From: Amphiscolops sp. MND2022
Lineage: Eukaryota
Direction: 5' to 3'
Length of the DNA: 64,000 bases
Assembly (NCBI GenBank): GCA_964187785.1
Contig: OZ076409.1
Coordinates: forward strand, 74,650,001 to 74,714,000
The notes under the pieces: generated by a model
Told to the model about the DNA's origin: nothing
The model's input: the letters and a program-made list of their open reading frames with translations, nothing else
Databases searched by the model: none
Translations under genes and position numbers: made by a program
Shown here: in pieces, positions 39,025 through 52,682 of the stretch
Layout of the letters: each line of letters begins with the position of its first letter
Position numbering within the stretch: the stretch's first letter is position 1

Positions 39025-42000
39025 GTGGTCAGTGCTGTTGCGTTCATTTTTTTCCGGCCGTGGGGGAGGGCCCCTCTGAGGCCGGTCATTTTTCAGGTAA
39101 CAGCTTTCTTATACAAAAAAGCGGGAAAAAACCTCAGTGCTCAAATCCCTACCGTCAGAATGAGCTGAAATTTGGCATGTAGCTAGCGCATTGCAAATGA
39201 TTAGGATGGGTTATAACGCTATGTTTGGCAAAATTGGTTTTGTTGCGTTTTTTTTGTCATATAGGGCTAAAAATGGCCTTTTTTGCGTATTTGTTGCTTG
39301 ACAAGCTAATAACTCGCGTTGGGTTGATACTAGCGATACGGGTGTGGGGTATGGAATTGTAAGATTACCAAGTACCTTGCTGATCACGTTATTTGATTTC
39401 CGCTCACATCACCCCACACGCCGGAAATGCCCAATTTGTCACTTCCGGTCGCAATTTTTGACTTTTTTGGATGGAGTCAAAGCCCATTTCCGATGTGAAG
39501 GAGTGGGTTGAGCGCTTCGACCCCAATATACTAAAAGTAGGTTTAGACAAAGTCCTATTAGGAAAAAAGTAATGTAAGCCCGTACCTATCACCCCCTCAC
39601 CGGAAATAGGGGTCACGCCTCCTTTTTCTGTGCTGCAAAAGTGACATGTGCACATTTGTCCAACTCCGAAGCCCCGGAGCACCGTGGGACCCTTATACTT
39701 TCTAAACACCAATCCCACACGCTACCGGAAGTGACCGGAAGTTTCACCGGAAATGACATCCTTGGACCAGGAATGGACAAAAAAGGACTTTTTCAATAAA
39801 AAATAGACACTTTTGGTGCAATTTTTAGGCAAAAAGCATAATTCGTGATACGCTTGTTGCAGTTGAAAGGGCCATTGTTCAGCAAGAATGCATACAGCAT
39901 TACGTAGCACATCAAGTAGTTGATAATTTTTTGTCCATAATATCCATAGGACCGGAAATGGCCAATTTTGAATCAGAAACTTCTTCAGCTTGATTTTTAA
40001 CAGGTTTTTCCACAATATTAGCGTAAGAATTGCTCGTCGGATGCTGTAGGTCTATTTTAAAACTAGCTAACTGCTTCTTAGAAATGTATTTCAGAAGTCC
40101 CAACCAATTCCAGAATACCGGAAATAAGAGTAATTGCCTCCTTTATGACCTTTGAATAATAAATTGTTAAAATCCGCATATTATTTTTTTTCCACACTTG
40201 TTGCTGAGATTATATCTAAGCAATAACATGTGCTTGTCATGAAGTGCTGTAATGTGGGAGTTACGAATATTGCTATTTAAGAGTATTACATACGTGAATA
40301 TCCGCCGTAATAAAGATTTTTTAAAACAACCACTTTTGAAGTCCTATAGATTGTCCGCACACCCGAAACAATTCAAGTTTCTAGTTTCGATTTTAAGGCT
40401 TCCGCGACTATTTAGTTGAGATGATAGTTTTCACGTTCTCTGCAAAACGTGCATTTCATTGTGTTTTTGACATTTATTGGGCTGTTTCACATTGTAATTC
40501 AAAACTAATTGATCATACAATTTGGAACAAATGAAAATTTTCAATTGAACATTAAATGTTTTAATAGTTTCTCTTTCGTTGAAGATACTATTTTGTGGCC
40601 ATTAGAACAGGTTGAATTAGTTGAATAAGTAGCCAGTGCGATACATCGTTTAATACATAGCGTTTGACATCGGTTTTTTTGCGAACAAAGACAAGCATGA
40701 TTTGTTGAAAGTTTTTACCATATCGCTTCAAATCGGGTGTGACAAACAAGGAATTTCTCGTTTTATGTGCTACTCCGAAAGCAACCTGAAAACGCAAATC
40801 GATCTATTGAATTATCGAGATGAAACTAAGCATTTCAAGTCTGGGTTTCAATTTAATTCTATCACTCCGGACTATTTTTATGTCGGAAGAGTGATAAAGC
40901 GTGTTAGCAAGGTTAAACACATCGAACAATTTTAATAATAAAGCCTCCGGAAAAGGAAGAAAAAATGAGTTTTCCTGTCAAAACTATGATAACCACGTAC
41001 GAAACATCAAGCTTTTGTATTGTTCAATAGTCCAAAACGTGAATGAAGTTTTTAAATATCCAAGCGTTTCTAATCAAGCATGCGTTTCAAATGTCTGACA
41101 GGGCAGCATCGTTCTCAAACAACATTGCTTTCAATGTGGTTTGATACCAGCAAAACGAACGTAGGCACAACCAGATTCTCAAATTTCTTGCAAAACAGCC
41201 GATTTCTTTGAAAATCCTAATTGATTTCACAGGGTATATGGTGAAACCCTGTTGGATTCCAAAAATGAAAAGCTGATTTCTTGGGTTTGCGAGATAAAAG
41301 ACAACGGGAATCTGAAAGCAGGTCATCTCAATAAAATACCTGTTGCTCTTTGAACAAATGGACTTTAGTAGTCGAAATTTTTTCTCAGACACTTTCGATC
41401 AGAGAATGTTTGAGTCCTAACGTTCGAATCAGGTTGGTTTCAGGTGGCTCGAAGTGCCAGCTGAACCAACCTTTCAAATAAAGAAAAACCCCACATCTCC
41501 CTTCATGCCACGCTACCCCGTATAGCGTTTCAACTTGACAGAAGTTGGAACGTTTGATTTTGGCGTCGCTTGGGATTGACACACCAGTGTTGATACTAAA
41601 TTTGGCAAAGAGAAATCGCAGAAATGATTGTTTCTTTTTTTCCCCTTTGATTCAGTCTGTCGAGCGTACAAAGCAGTTTGGGAAACTAACTTGCACTTCC
41701 ACTGAACGAAAAAAAGCAGTAGCCTTGCAAACTCCTGGAAGAAATTGAGTCAGGTTTTCCTATTTGTGAGATCAGCTGTCACTCAATTATCAATTACTTT
41801 TTTACAAATTTTTAGGAACAATTAACCTAACTCTGCTCGACTCTCTTGAATAATGCAACAATCGTTTACTGATCTGTACTCGTGAGAAAAAAATCAACGG
41901 CAGGTCCAAAAACAATCTATATATCTTTGGTTTATTCCGTGCAAAGCTTTTTTTCACACCATGTGACTCTACTATAACATGTATGTAATGAAACCAATAA

Positions 42001-42098
42001 CACCTTCAACTATCAACGCCCACCGTCCGTAGGCATGCCGAGGCATGCCTTTCGACGACGCGCGCCGGAAACAATCTAACGGCGCCACCCGCTTCTGG
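39025..42098 (+). mobile_element. Array unit H3
   Basis: Colinear with H1 and H2; a mosaic of both. Confidence 0.7.
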
Positions 42099-44275
42099 GT
42101 GGATGGTATTTTATAACAATTAAAGTGTTTTTTTCCGGAGTTTGTGGCTTTGGAAAAAACAAAAGGCGAGAAATTGGGCACTCCAGGCTGAACCTAAAAA
42201 CACCCTAAAATTGGCCCGATTTTTTTACGATCTCGAAACCCAGCCGTACGATTTGGCTGAAAATTTGCATGTGGCTCCTAATCAATGAGTAATGAAAAAG
42301 TGTAGGAGTGACTTTTCCTGACAAAATTGTTTTTGTTGCACTTTTTGCGCAATTTTTGACCGATTGTTGCGTTTTTTATGTCACTTTTGACTTTTCAGGC
42401 AAAAAACTCATGGATGCTTTGATCCTAGCGCATCAAGTGTTTTGACCAAAAAGTTGCAGCATGTTCTTTTACGTATGCTGAGAAAATTTGGTTCCCATCG
42501 TATTACCCCCCACTGAGATAGAGGGGAACTTCCGGTGGATTTTAGCACCCTAAAAACGAGGACCTCCTAAATTTCAGCATGAAGCGGTAGTTTTAGCGTG
42601 CTCATACCATGCTGAAGTTTTGTTGGGCATATTGAGATAGTTATGATATCATGTGTTCAGTTCACCCCCCATCACCCCCTGGACCGGAAATGAACTTTTT
42701 TGTGCACTATCATACCGGAAGTCTCCAATTTCACCGTTAAGCAGTCCTTGTACGAGCAACTACCAGGACATCAAAATTGAAGTACCACCTGAGGTCAACG
42801 CAGTGACTACGTGTTGTCCAGTCATAGGTTCCGCTATGACCGGAAATGGGGTCAAAACCCCCTTTTTTGGATGTTTTTCAACAATTTGACCAGTGTTTGG
42901 TCCACATTCAAGTCGCGTGAGTCAATTGAATCAGTGTGAGCATAAACTGTGTGTTCACTGCGTAGACGTAACTGACACTGACAGATACCGGAAGTAACCC
43001 CCCGTGACCGGAAGTTGTCATTTTTGACCGGAAATGGTCCAAAAAGTAGCGTAAAATTAGTTTTTCACTGCTTTTTAAAGTAAATTTTTTACTTTTTCAA
43101 TCTCCGCGAGCTTGTATTCAGGTTCGTTTTTGTTACCCGTGCACTTTGCAACAAATATACACCTGTAAAATTTTCTCTATGATATCGTTGGATAGAGAAA
43201 TAACGTGTTTTTGGGACTTTTTTTTCAAAAATATTAGACTATATCTGTCATTTTAGCGAAAGTTAGTCAACAGTACAACCGCAGTCGTTAGTCTCTGCCC
43301 AAATCAATGCCTAACAAACCTATATGGCCCATTGACCCAATTTGAGCGTTCCAGCTTTGCGTGGTCAAAAATAAGGGACTTGAAAAATTTTCAATTTTTT
43401 TCCAAAAAAAATTCTCACATTCATGTCTCCCAAAGTAAAGAAACTTCCACACAACTAGGATTGCAAGTGGATGCATGTGGCAAGCCCTATAATTGAAGAG
43501 AAGAAAGCCGCTTAGGACGTCTCTTTATCGTAATTTGACGTTAACGTATGGTGCTTTGAATGATAGCTTGATAAGGTGTCGAGAAGTCAAAGAATGTAAA
43601 AGGAACGTATATGTCGTCGAAAAGTCATCGGAATATATACAGTGAACCCCAATTACACTCAATTGCAGTTGCCTAGTGCAACGACGTCTTTCAAGGACAT
43701 TTTACCCATTTTCATAATTATCGAAATTTTTTTAAATTCAGTTACCAAGAAACACTTGAGTACATTCTCATCTCTCCCCATAGGGTGAGATGAGAAAGTA
43801 CCTGCTAGAAGCCTGGTACTACGGCCCACTTTTGTTTTATTGCGACGCATTCTGTGCTTTGGCACATATATAATTTTACTTCGTCTGACCTTTGGTATAC
43901 ACTCTGACTTGTCATTATATATTTCCCGTCATCAATTACTTTGCATTAAATAAATTTACTACCATACAACCTTAACGTCATCGCTACATAAATTTAGACG
44001 TCCACCATTCCGTAGGCATGCCGAGACATGCTTTTCGACGACGTATGCCAAAACACAAAAGCCAACAAAAATGCTGAAATTCAGAAAGAGTGACAAACAA
44101 ATTTGACTATCTGACATATGGTAGGTTTTTTGTATGGAACTTACACATCACTGATATTTCACAACATTCCAGCTGACGCCCACATACCAACATCAACGCC
44201 CACCGTCCGTGGGCATGCCGAGGCATGCCCTTCGACGACGTATACCAAGATATACATAAACGCGGTAGCAGCTAG
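42099..44275 (+). mobile_element. Array unit E4
   Basis: Family E start gtggatggtatt; diverged 3' half. Confidence 0.7.
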
Positions 44276-45681
44276 GTGGTCGGGTATTTTTTTTTACTCG
44301 TAGATGGCGTTTGCGAGGCTTTGGGGAGGGCCCCGTGCCGAGCCTGTACCGAAATTTACCACATACCAGAAGTGTCCGATTTAATCGAGATCTCAAAAAC
44401 TAACCGTTAGAATTCTCTGAAATTTTGCATGTGGCCCCTAATCAATGAGTAATGAAAAAGTGTAGGAGTGACGGTTGCTGAAAAACTTGTCTTTGTTGCA
44501 CTTTTTGCGCAATTTTTGTCGCATTGTTGCGTTTTTTATGTCATTTTCAACTTTTCAAGCAAAAAACTCATAGATGCTTTGTTCCTAGCGTATCAAGTGT
44601 GGAGCACGAAAAGTTGCAGCATCTTTGATTACGTATGCTGTGAAAATTTGGTTGCCCTCGGCTCACCCCCCACTGAGATAGAGGGGTGCTTCCGGTCTTT
44701 TTTGACCCCTAAGTTTGGGAAATTGCTAATTTTCGTAATAAAGCCGTAGATTTAGCGTGTGCACACCCTGCTGAAGATTTGTTAGGCATTATGAGATAAA
44801 TCCGATGACATGCGTTCAGTTCACCCCCATCACCCCCTGGACCGGAAATAAACTTTTTTGTGTCCTTTCAGACCGGAAGTCTCCATTTTCAACGGTAAGG
44901 AGTCCTTGTACGGGCAACTAGCAGGGCATCAAAATTGAAGTACAATGTGGGGTGAGCCTAGTTACCACGTGTTGACCAGTCATGGGTACCGCCTTGACCG
45001 GAAATGGGGTCAAAACCCCCCTATTGGTCGATTTTTTATCAGTTTGACTAGTGTTTGGTCCACATACAAGTCGGGTAAGTCAATTGAACCAGTGTGAGCA
45101 TAAACTGCACGTTCACTGCGTAGCCGTAAATGACACTGACAGATACCGGAAGTAACCCCCTGTGACCGGAAGTTGTCACTTTTGACCGGAAATGGTCCAA
45201 AAAACTGCGTGAAAGCAGTTTTTCATTAGTTTTAGAAGTCATTTTTTTACTTTTTCTACGCTGATTGCTTTTTTCTACTCACAAAGGTAACATCGTGCCT
45301 CGTTTGGCTAAAGTTCTGAAAAATGATCACCTTTATCACCCCCGATAGCCTTTCAAGTTGACCTTGGGTCAATCTTGAAGGCTATCTGTTCTGAAAACGA
45401 AAAATAGGAAAATTTTGTTTTTTCTTATTTCCCTTGATAATTTCCCTTAATTAATTTTGTTAAGCAAACCCTTTTGTTCAACTGAATGATCTGAAAAATG
45501 TTCAGAGGTGTCACCCTGGCAAGGATTATTTGACGTTGAAGTAAACTGAGAATGAGGGTAGTATTAGACAACATCACACACACTTACCAACGCCGACCGT
45601 CTGTGGGCATGCCGAGGCATGCCCTTCGACGACGTATGCCAAATCTGCGCCACCCGTACTATTGAGTGCGGTAGCCGCTAG
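44276..45681 (+). mobile_element. Array unit I1 (1406 bp, single copy, mosaic)
   Basis: Unique 5' end gtggtcgggtatt, E-like middle, A-like gatagcc...ggctatc hairpin; ends gcggtagccgctag. Confidence 0.65.
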
Positions 45682-47070
45682 GTGGTTGGGGCGGTCCCCA
45701 GAACGCACAAGGAGGCGCGGGGAGGGTCCTGCGCCGACGTAGAATAATTTCATATAATACTAGTATCCTACATGGGTGTTTTAGAGGCGATTTTGGAATC
45801 TAACCGTAGGATTTGGATAGTTTTTTGCATGCGGCCATAACTCGAAATTCTAAGAACATTTTCCTATTGTCATTTTCCCCGCAAATTGTTTTTTGTTGAC
45901 TTATGGCCGAAAAACCGGAAATAACGTCCTTTTTAGACGTTATATCCGAAGTGTCGTCATAACTTTTTTCCAGGGCATGCTAGCGTTCTCGTTCACTTTT
46001 ACACTTAGTTGCAGCATCTCAAAATACAACTGGTGGAAAATTTTGGTTGCTTTCGAATCACCCCCCACCGAGATAGAAGGGTTCCCCCCTCCAGTTTTAC
46101 CCCCCAAATTTGCAAAATAACCAATTTTGAGCATGAAGCCGAGGATTTAGCGTACCCATAATCTCCTGATGTTTTGTTGTACGTATTGGGGTCAATCTGA
46201 CGACATGTGTGGTTTTCACCCCCAACCCTCCCTTGGACCGGAAATGACACTTTTTTGTGTTTTTTGGCAGAATTTAGCCTTTTTCATCATTAGGCAGTCG
46301 TTTTAGGGACTCCTAGCAGGATATCGAAATTGAAATACAACCTGATCACAACCCAGTGACAACATGTTGGCCACTTGGAGGTATCATCATGACCGGAAGT
46401 GGGGTCAACCCCCCTTCTTGTGACCGCTTTTTGACCTTGTGCACCAAAATGCCAACATCTTGAGGCCTAATGAGGCATTCAAATCTGTACAAAGATAAAA
46501 TGTTAGACAACCGAAGTCCCGGAAGATCTTTAGCATATACCGGAAGTTACCCCCCATGACCGGAAGTTACCCAATGTGACCGGAAATGGTCCAAAAATTA
46601 ATGTAAAGTTGAATTTTTCACTATTTCAAGACCACTTAATTGAAACTTTTCAATCTAAAAACTAGCGTACTGGCTTGTTTTGCTGAATTTATGGAAATTG
46701 ATGAGCTCTATCGCCCCCGATAGCCTTCGAAGTTGACCTTGCGTCAACTTTGTAGGCTATCGATAAAGAAAAATGAACAACAAAGTACATTGTTGCTCTC
46801 GTTTTTTTCCCGTTGTTTTTCCTCAAACATTCTTGAGACATATACATGGCCGTTAGTTGAAATCAATATTTAGCCCATGTTATAGCTGGAGCAGCGAAGC
46901 GTTACACAGACTAGTGTGGTTTTGAAATCACACTATTTAAATTAACAACTGACCGTCTTAGTCAACTCCACACATTCATACCAACGCCCACCGTCTGTGG
47001 GCATGCCGAGGCATGCCCTTCGACGACGTATGACGAATCCACTCCAACGACACCCGCAGTCCTCAGCTAG
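45682..47070 (+). mobile_element. Array unit A7
   Basis: Colinear with A1. Confidence 0.7.
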
Positions 47071-48341
47071 GTGGCCGCGTCTTTTAGATGGACTTTTAGC
47101 CCTGAGGCGCGGGTAGGGTCCTGCGCCGAGCTGGTGAAAATATACTACGTCCAAATCGCCCGTTCCGGAAACGATCTCAAAACTGGCCCGTACGATTTTC
47201 CTGAAACTTTGCATGTGGCCCCCAATTGGCGAGCAATGAAAAAGTGTAGGAGGCCATTTTTCCCAAATTCCATTGTGAGAGGAGATATATGAAAAAAACG
47301 GACCCCAAAATGACGAAAATTTCACTTTTTGACCATTAATGGGACATTATCTCCCCGGACAAGGCTCGCAGCGAAATTTGTCAGGACCCAAACCTACAGC
47401 AGACTGTTAGAGGAGTACGCACAGTAAGTTTGAAGGAAATCCGATAATCACATGTTGAGAAATTAACGATTTTTTGACAAAATTTTTTGCATTTGCAGTC
47501 TATCTCTGCCGTTTTTTGCCCAAAATTTTTTCGAGACCCTCTCCTAAAGACCTCCCCTGGCCGGTTTACCTCCCAAAAAAACCATTTGGCCCTAAATACG
47601 AAGTTTCAGCGTTCTAGCATTCCCCAGTGAAAAGTTATGGGACTTAGAACTTTTTCGAAAATTTTCAAAGTTTTTCTAAAAAAGTTCAGGCCGCCCAAAG
47701 TGAAGAAACTTCCACACAACTAGTATTGCAAGTGAATGCATGTGGAAAGCCCTGCACTTGACGAGAAAAATGCCGTTTAGAACGTCTTTTTATCTTATTT
47801 TGATGTTGACTTATGATCTTTTGAGTAGCGTATAACACGTGATCACAGTAGTGAAAATCCTAATTTTCAAAAATTTTCAAACAATAACGCATGAAAAGAA
47901 CCTGGAAAAGGTTCCGATGGGTCAGTTGGGATATCTGAAGCATGTGTACATTTCCGTAGTGTATAGCGGATGTATTTGAGACTTATTAGAAATTGTGATA
48001 AATTTTATACAAGTCTTTGTTTCTCTTAGAATCTTATGCAGTTGAGTACATTCCATCTCCCTCTCAGGGGAGATGTGAATGTACGTTTGCCAAATGCCTT
48101 GTAAAGCTCACAATTTTGATGGATTCAAATAACTAAACAAGTGTGATTTGCGTTTGCCGAACCACTGCGACAAAATATCCTAAATCTATAGCGAGATTGT
48201 ATGGTTTTTGTCTTTAGTGTTTCGTCTTGTGTAGCCGACTTCCACATCCAAATATCAACGCCCGCCGTCCGTAGGCATGCCGAGGCATGCCTTTCGACGA
48301 CGTATGCCAAATACCCAATGCCACGCTGTCATTATCGCTAG
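47071..48341 (+). mobile_element. Array unit B3
   Basis: B2-like 5' part and B1-like 3' part; 1271 bp. Confidence 0.7.
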
Positions 48342-51300
48342 GTGGTCAGTGCTGTTGCGTTCATTTTTTTCCGGCCGTGGGGGAGGGCCCCTCTGAGGCC
48401 GGTCATTTTTCAGGTAACAGCTTTCTTATACAAAAAAGCGGGAAAAAACCTCAGTGCTCAAATCCCAACCGTCAGAATGAGCTGAAATTTGGCATGTAGC
48501 TAGTGCATTGCAAATGATTAGGATGGGTTATAACGCTATGTTTGGCAAAATTGGTTTTGTTGCATTTTTTTTGTCATATAGGGCCAAAAATGGCCTTTTT
48601 TGCGTATTTTTTGCTTGACTAGCTAATAACTCGCGTTGGGTTGGTACTAGCGATACGGGTGTGGGGTATGGAATTGAAAGATTACCAAGTACCTAGCTGA
48701 TGACGTTATTTGATTTCCGCTCACATCACCCCCACGCCGGAAATGCCCAATTTGTCACTTCCGGTCGCTATTTTTGACTTTTTTGGATGGAGTTAAAACC
48801 CATTTCCGGTGTGAAGGAGTAGGTTGAGCGCTCCAACCACGATTTACTAAAAGTAGGTTTAGACAAAGTCCTTTCAAGAAAAAAGTAATATGAGCCCGTA
48901 CCTATCACCCGCTCACCGGAAATAGGGGTCACGCCTCCTTTTTCTGTGTTGCAAAAGTGACATGTGCACATTTGTCCAACTCCGAAGCCCCGGAGCACCG
49001 TGGGACCCTTATACTTTCTAAACACCTATCCCCCACGCTACCGGAAGTGACCGGAAGTTTCACCGGAAATGACATCCTTGGACCGGAAATGGTCAAAAAA
49101 TGACTTTTCAATGCAAAATAGACACATTTGGTGCGATTTTTAGGCAAAAAGCATAGTTCGTGAAACGCTTGTTGCAGTTGGAAGGGCCATTGTTCAGCAA
49201 GAATGCGTACAGCATTACGTAGCACATCAAGTAGTTGATACTTTTTCGTCCATAATATCCTTAGGACCGGAAATGGCCATTTTTGAATCGGAAACTTCTT
49301 CAGCTTGATTTTTAACAGGTTTTTCCGCAATATTAGCGTAGGAATTGCTCGTCGGATGCTGTAGGTCTATTTTAAAACTAGCTAACTGCTTCTTAGAAAT
49401 GTATTTCAGAAGTCCCAACCAATTCCAGAATACCGGAAATAAGAGTAATTGCCTCCTTTATGACCTTTGAATAATAAATTGTTAAAATCCGCATATTATT
49501 TTTTTCTACACTTGTTGCTGAGATTATATCTAAGCAATAACATGTGCTTGTCATGAAGTGCTGTAATGTGGGAGTTACGAAGATTGCTATTTAAGAGTAT
49601 TACATACGTGAATATCCGCCGTAATAAAGATTTTTTAAAACAACCACTTTTGAAGTCCTATAGATTGTCCGCACACCCGAAACAATTCAAGTTTCTAGTT
49701 CCGATTTTAAGGCTTCCGCGACTATTTAGTTGAGATGATAGTTTTCACGTTCTCTGCAAAACGTGCATTTCATTGTGTTTTTGACATTTATTGGGCTGTT
49801 TCACATTGTAATTCAAAACTAATTGATCATACAATTTGGAACAATTGAAAATTTTCAATTGAACATTAAATGTTTTAATAGTTTCTCTTTCGTTGAAGAT
49901 ACTATTTTGTGGCCATTAGAACAGGTTGAATTAGTTGAATAAGTAGCCAGTGCGATACATCGTTTAATACATAGCGTTTGACATCGGTTTTTTTGCGAAC
50001 AAAGACAAGCATGATTTGTTGAAAGTTTTTACCATATCGCTTCAAATCGGGTGTGACAAACAAGGAATTTCTCGTTTTATGTGCTACTCCGAAAGCAACC
50101 TGAAAACGCAAATCGATCTATTGAATTATCGAGATGAAACTAAGCATTTCAAGTCTGGATTTCAATTTAATTCTATCACTCCGGTCTATTTTTATGTCGC
50201 AAGAGTGATAAAGCGTGTTAGCAAGGTTAAACACATCGAACAATTTTAATAATAAAGCCTCCGGAAAGGGAAGAAAAAATGAGTTTTCCTGTCAAAACTA
50301 TGATAACCACGTACGAAACATCAAGTTTTTGTATTGTTCAATAGTCCAAAACGTGAATGAAGTTTTTAAATATCCAAGCGTTTCTAATCAAGCATGCGTT
50401 TCAAATGTCTGACAGGGCAGCATCGTTCTCAAAAAACATTGCTTTCAATGTGGTTTGATACCAGCAAAACGAACGTAGGCACAACCAGATTCTCAAATTT
50501 CTTGCAAAACAGCCGATTTCTTTGAAAATCCTAATTGATTTCACAGGGTATATGGTGAAACCCTGTTGGATTCCAAAAATGAAAAGCTGATTTCTTGGGT
50601 TTGCGAGATAAAAGACAACGGGAATCTGAAAGCAAGTCATCTCAATAAAATACCTGTTGCTCTTTAAACAAATGGACTTTAGTAGTCGAAATTTTTTCTC
50701 AGACACTTTCGATCAGAGAATGTTTGAGTCCTAACGTTCGAATCAGGTTGGTTTCAGGTGGCTCGAAGTGCCAGCTGAACCAACCTTTCAAATAAAGAAA
50801 AACCCCACATCTCCCTTCATGCCACGCTACCCCGTATAGCGTTTCAACTTGACAGAAGTTGGAACGTTTGATTTTGGCGTCGCTTGGGATTGACACACCA
50901 GTGTTGATACTAAATTTGGCAAAGAGAAATCGCAGAAAAGATTGTTTCTTTTTTTCCCTTTGATTTAGTCTGTCGAGCGTACAAAGCAGTTTGGGAAACT
51001 AACTTGCATTTCCACTGAACGAAAAAAAGTAGTAGCCTTGCAAACTCCTGGAAGAAATTGAATCAGGTTTTCCTATTTGTGAGATCAGCTGTCACTCAAT
51101 AATCAATTACTTTTTTAAAAATTTTTAGGAACAACTAACCTAACTCTGCTCGACTCTCTTGAATAATGCAACAATCGTTTACTGATCTGTACTCGTGAGA
51201 AAAAAATCAACTGCAGGTCCAAAAACAATCTATATATCTTTGGTTTATTCCGTGCAAAGCTTTTTTTCACACCATGTGACTCAACGATAACATGTATGTA

Positions 51301-51411
51301 ATGAAACCAATAACACCTTCAACTATCAACGCCCACCGTCCGTAGGCATGCCGAGGCATGCCTTTCGACGACGCGCGCCGGAAACAATCTAACGGCGCCA
51401 CCCGCTTCTGG
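48342..51411 (+). mobile_element. Array unit H4
   Basis: Very similar to H1 and flanked by B units. Confidence 0.7.
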
Positions 51412-52682
51412 GTGGCCGCGTCTTTTAGATGGACTTTTAGCCCTGAGGCGCGGGTAGGGTCCTGCGCCGAAACAGAGAAATTATACTACTGCACACAGCC
51501 CCGGTCCAGACACGATCTCGAAAACTGACCGTTAGAAATTCCTGAAAATTTGCATGTGGCCCCCAATTGGCGAGCAATGAAAAAGTGTAGGAGGTCGTTT
51601 TTCCCAAATTCCACTGTGAGAGGAGATATATGAAAAAAACGGACCCCAAAATGACGAAAATTTCACTTTTTGACCAAAAATGTGACATTATCTCCTCAGA
51701 GAAGGCTCGGAGCAAAATTTGTCAGAAACCAAACCTACAGCAGACTGTTAGAGGAGTGCACACAGTAAGTTTGAAGCAAATCGGATGATCACATGTGGAG
51801 AAATTGACGTTTTCCCGGCGAAATTTTTCGGTAAAGCAGTCTATCTCTGCCGTTTTTTGCCCAAAATTTTTCCCAGACACTCGCCTAAAGGCCTCTCCTG
51901 GCCGGTTTACCTCCCAAAAAAACCATTTGGCCCTAAATACGAGGTTTCAGCGTTCTAGCTTTCCCCAGTAAAAAGTTATGGGACTTAGAACTTTTTCAAA
52001 AATTTTCAAAATTTTTCTTAAAAAGTTCAGGCCGCCCAAAGTGAAGAAACTTCCACACAACTAGTATTGCAAGTGAATGCATGTGGAAAGCCCTGCACTT
52101 GACGAGAAAAATGCCGTTTAGAACGTCTTTTTATCTTAACTTGATGTTGACTTATGATCTTTTGAGTAGCGTATAACACGTGATCACAGTAGGGAAAATC
52201 CTAATTTTCAATTTTTTTCAAACAATAACGCATGAAAAGAACCTGGAAAAGGTTCCGATGGGTCAGTTTGGATGTCTGGAGCATGTGTACATTCCCGTAG
52301 TGTATAGCGGATGTATTTGGGACTTATTAGAAATTGTGGTATATTTTATACAAGTCTTTGTTTCTCTTAGAATCTTATGCAGTTGAGTACATTCCATCTC
52401 CCTCTCAGGGGAGATGTGAATGTACGTTTGCCAAATGCCTTGTAAAGTTCACATGTTTGATGGATTAAACTAAGTAAACAAGTGTGAGTTGCGTTTGCCG
52501 AATCGCTACAGCAAAAAATACTAAAACTTTAGTCAGATTGAATGGTTTTTTCTTTAGTGTTTCTTCTTGTATAGCCGACTTCCACATGCAAATATCAACG
52601 CCCACCGTCCGTAGGCATGCCGATGCATGCCTTTCGACGACGTATGCCAAATACCCAACGCCACACAGTCTTTCCCCGCTAG
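51412..52682 (+). mobile_element. Array unit B4
   Basis: Family B with a B2-type tail; the palindrome carries one substitution (ccgatgcatgcc). Confidence 0.7.
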
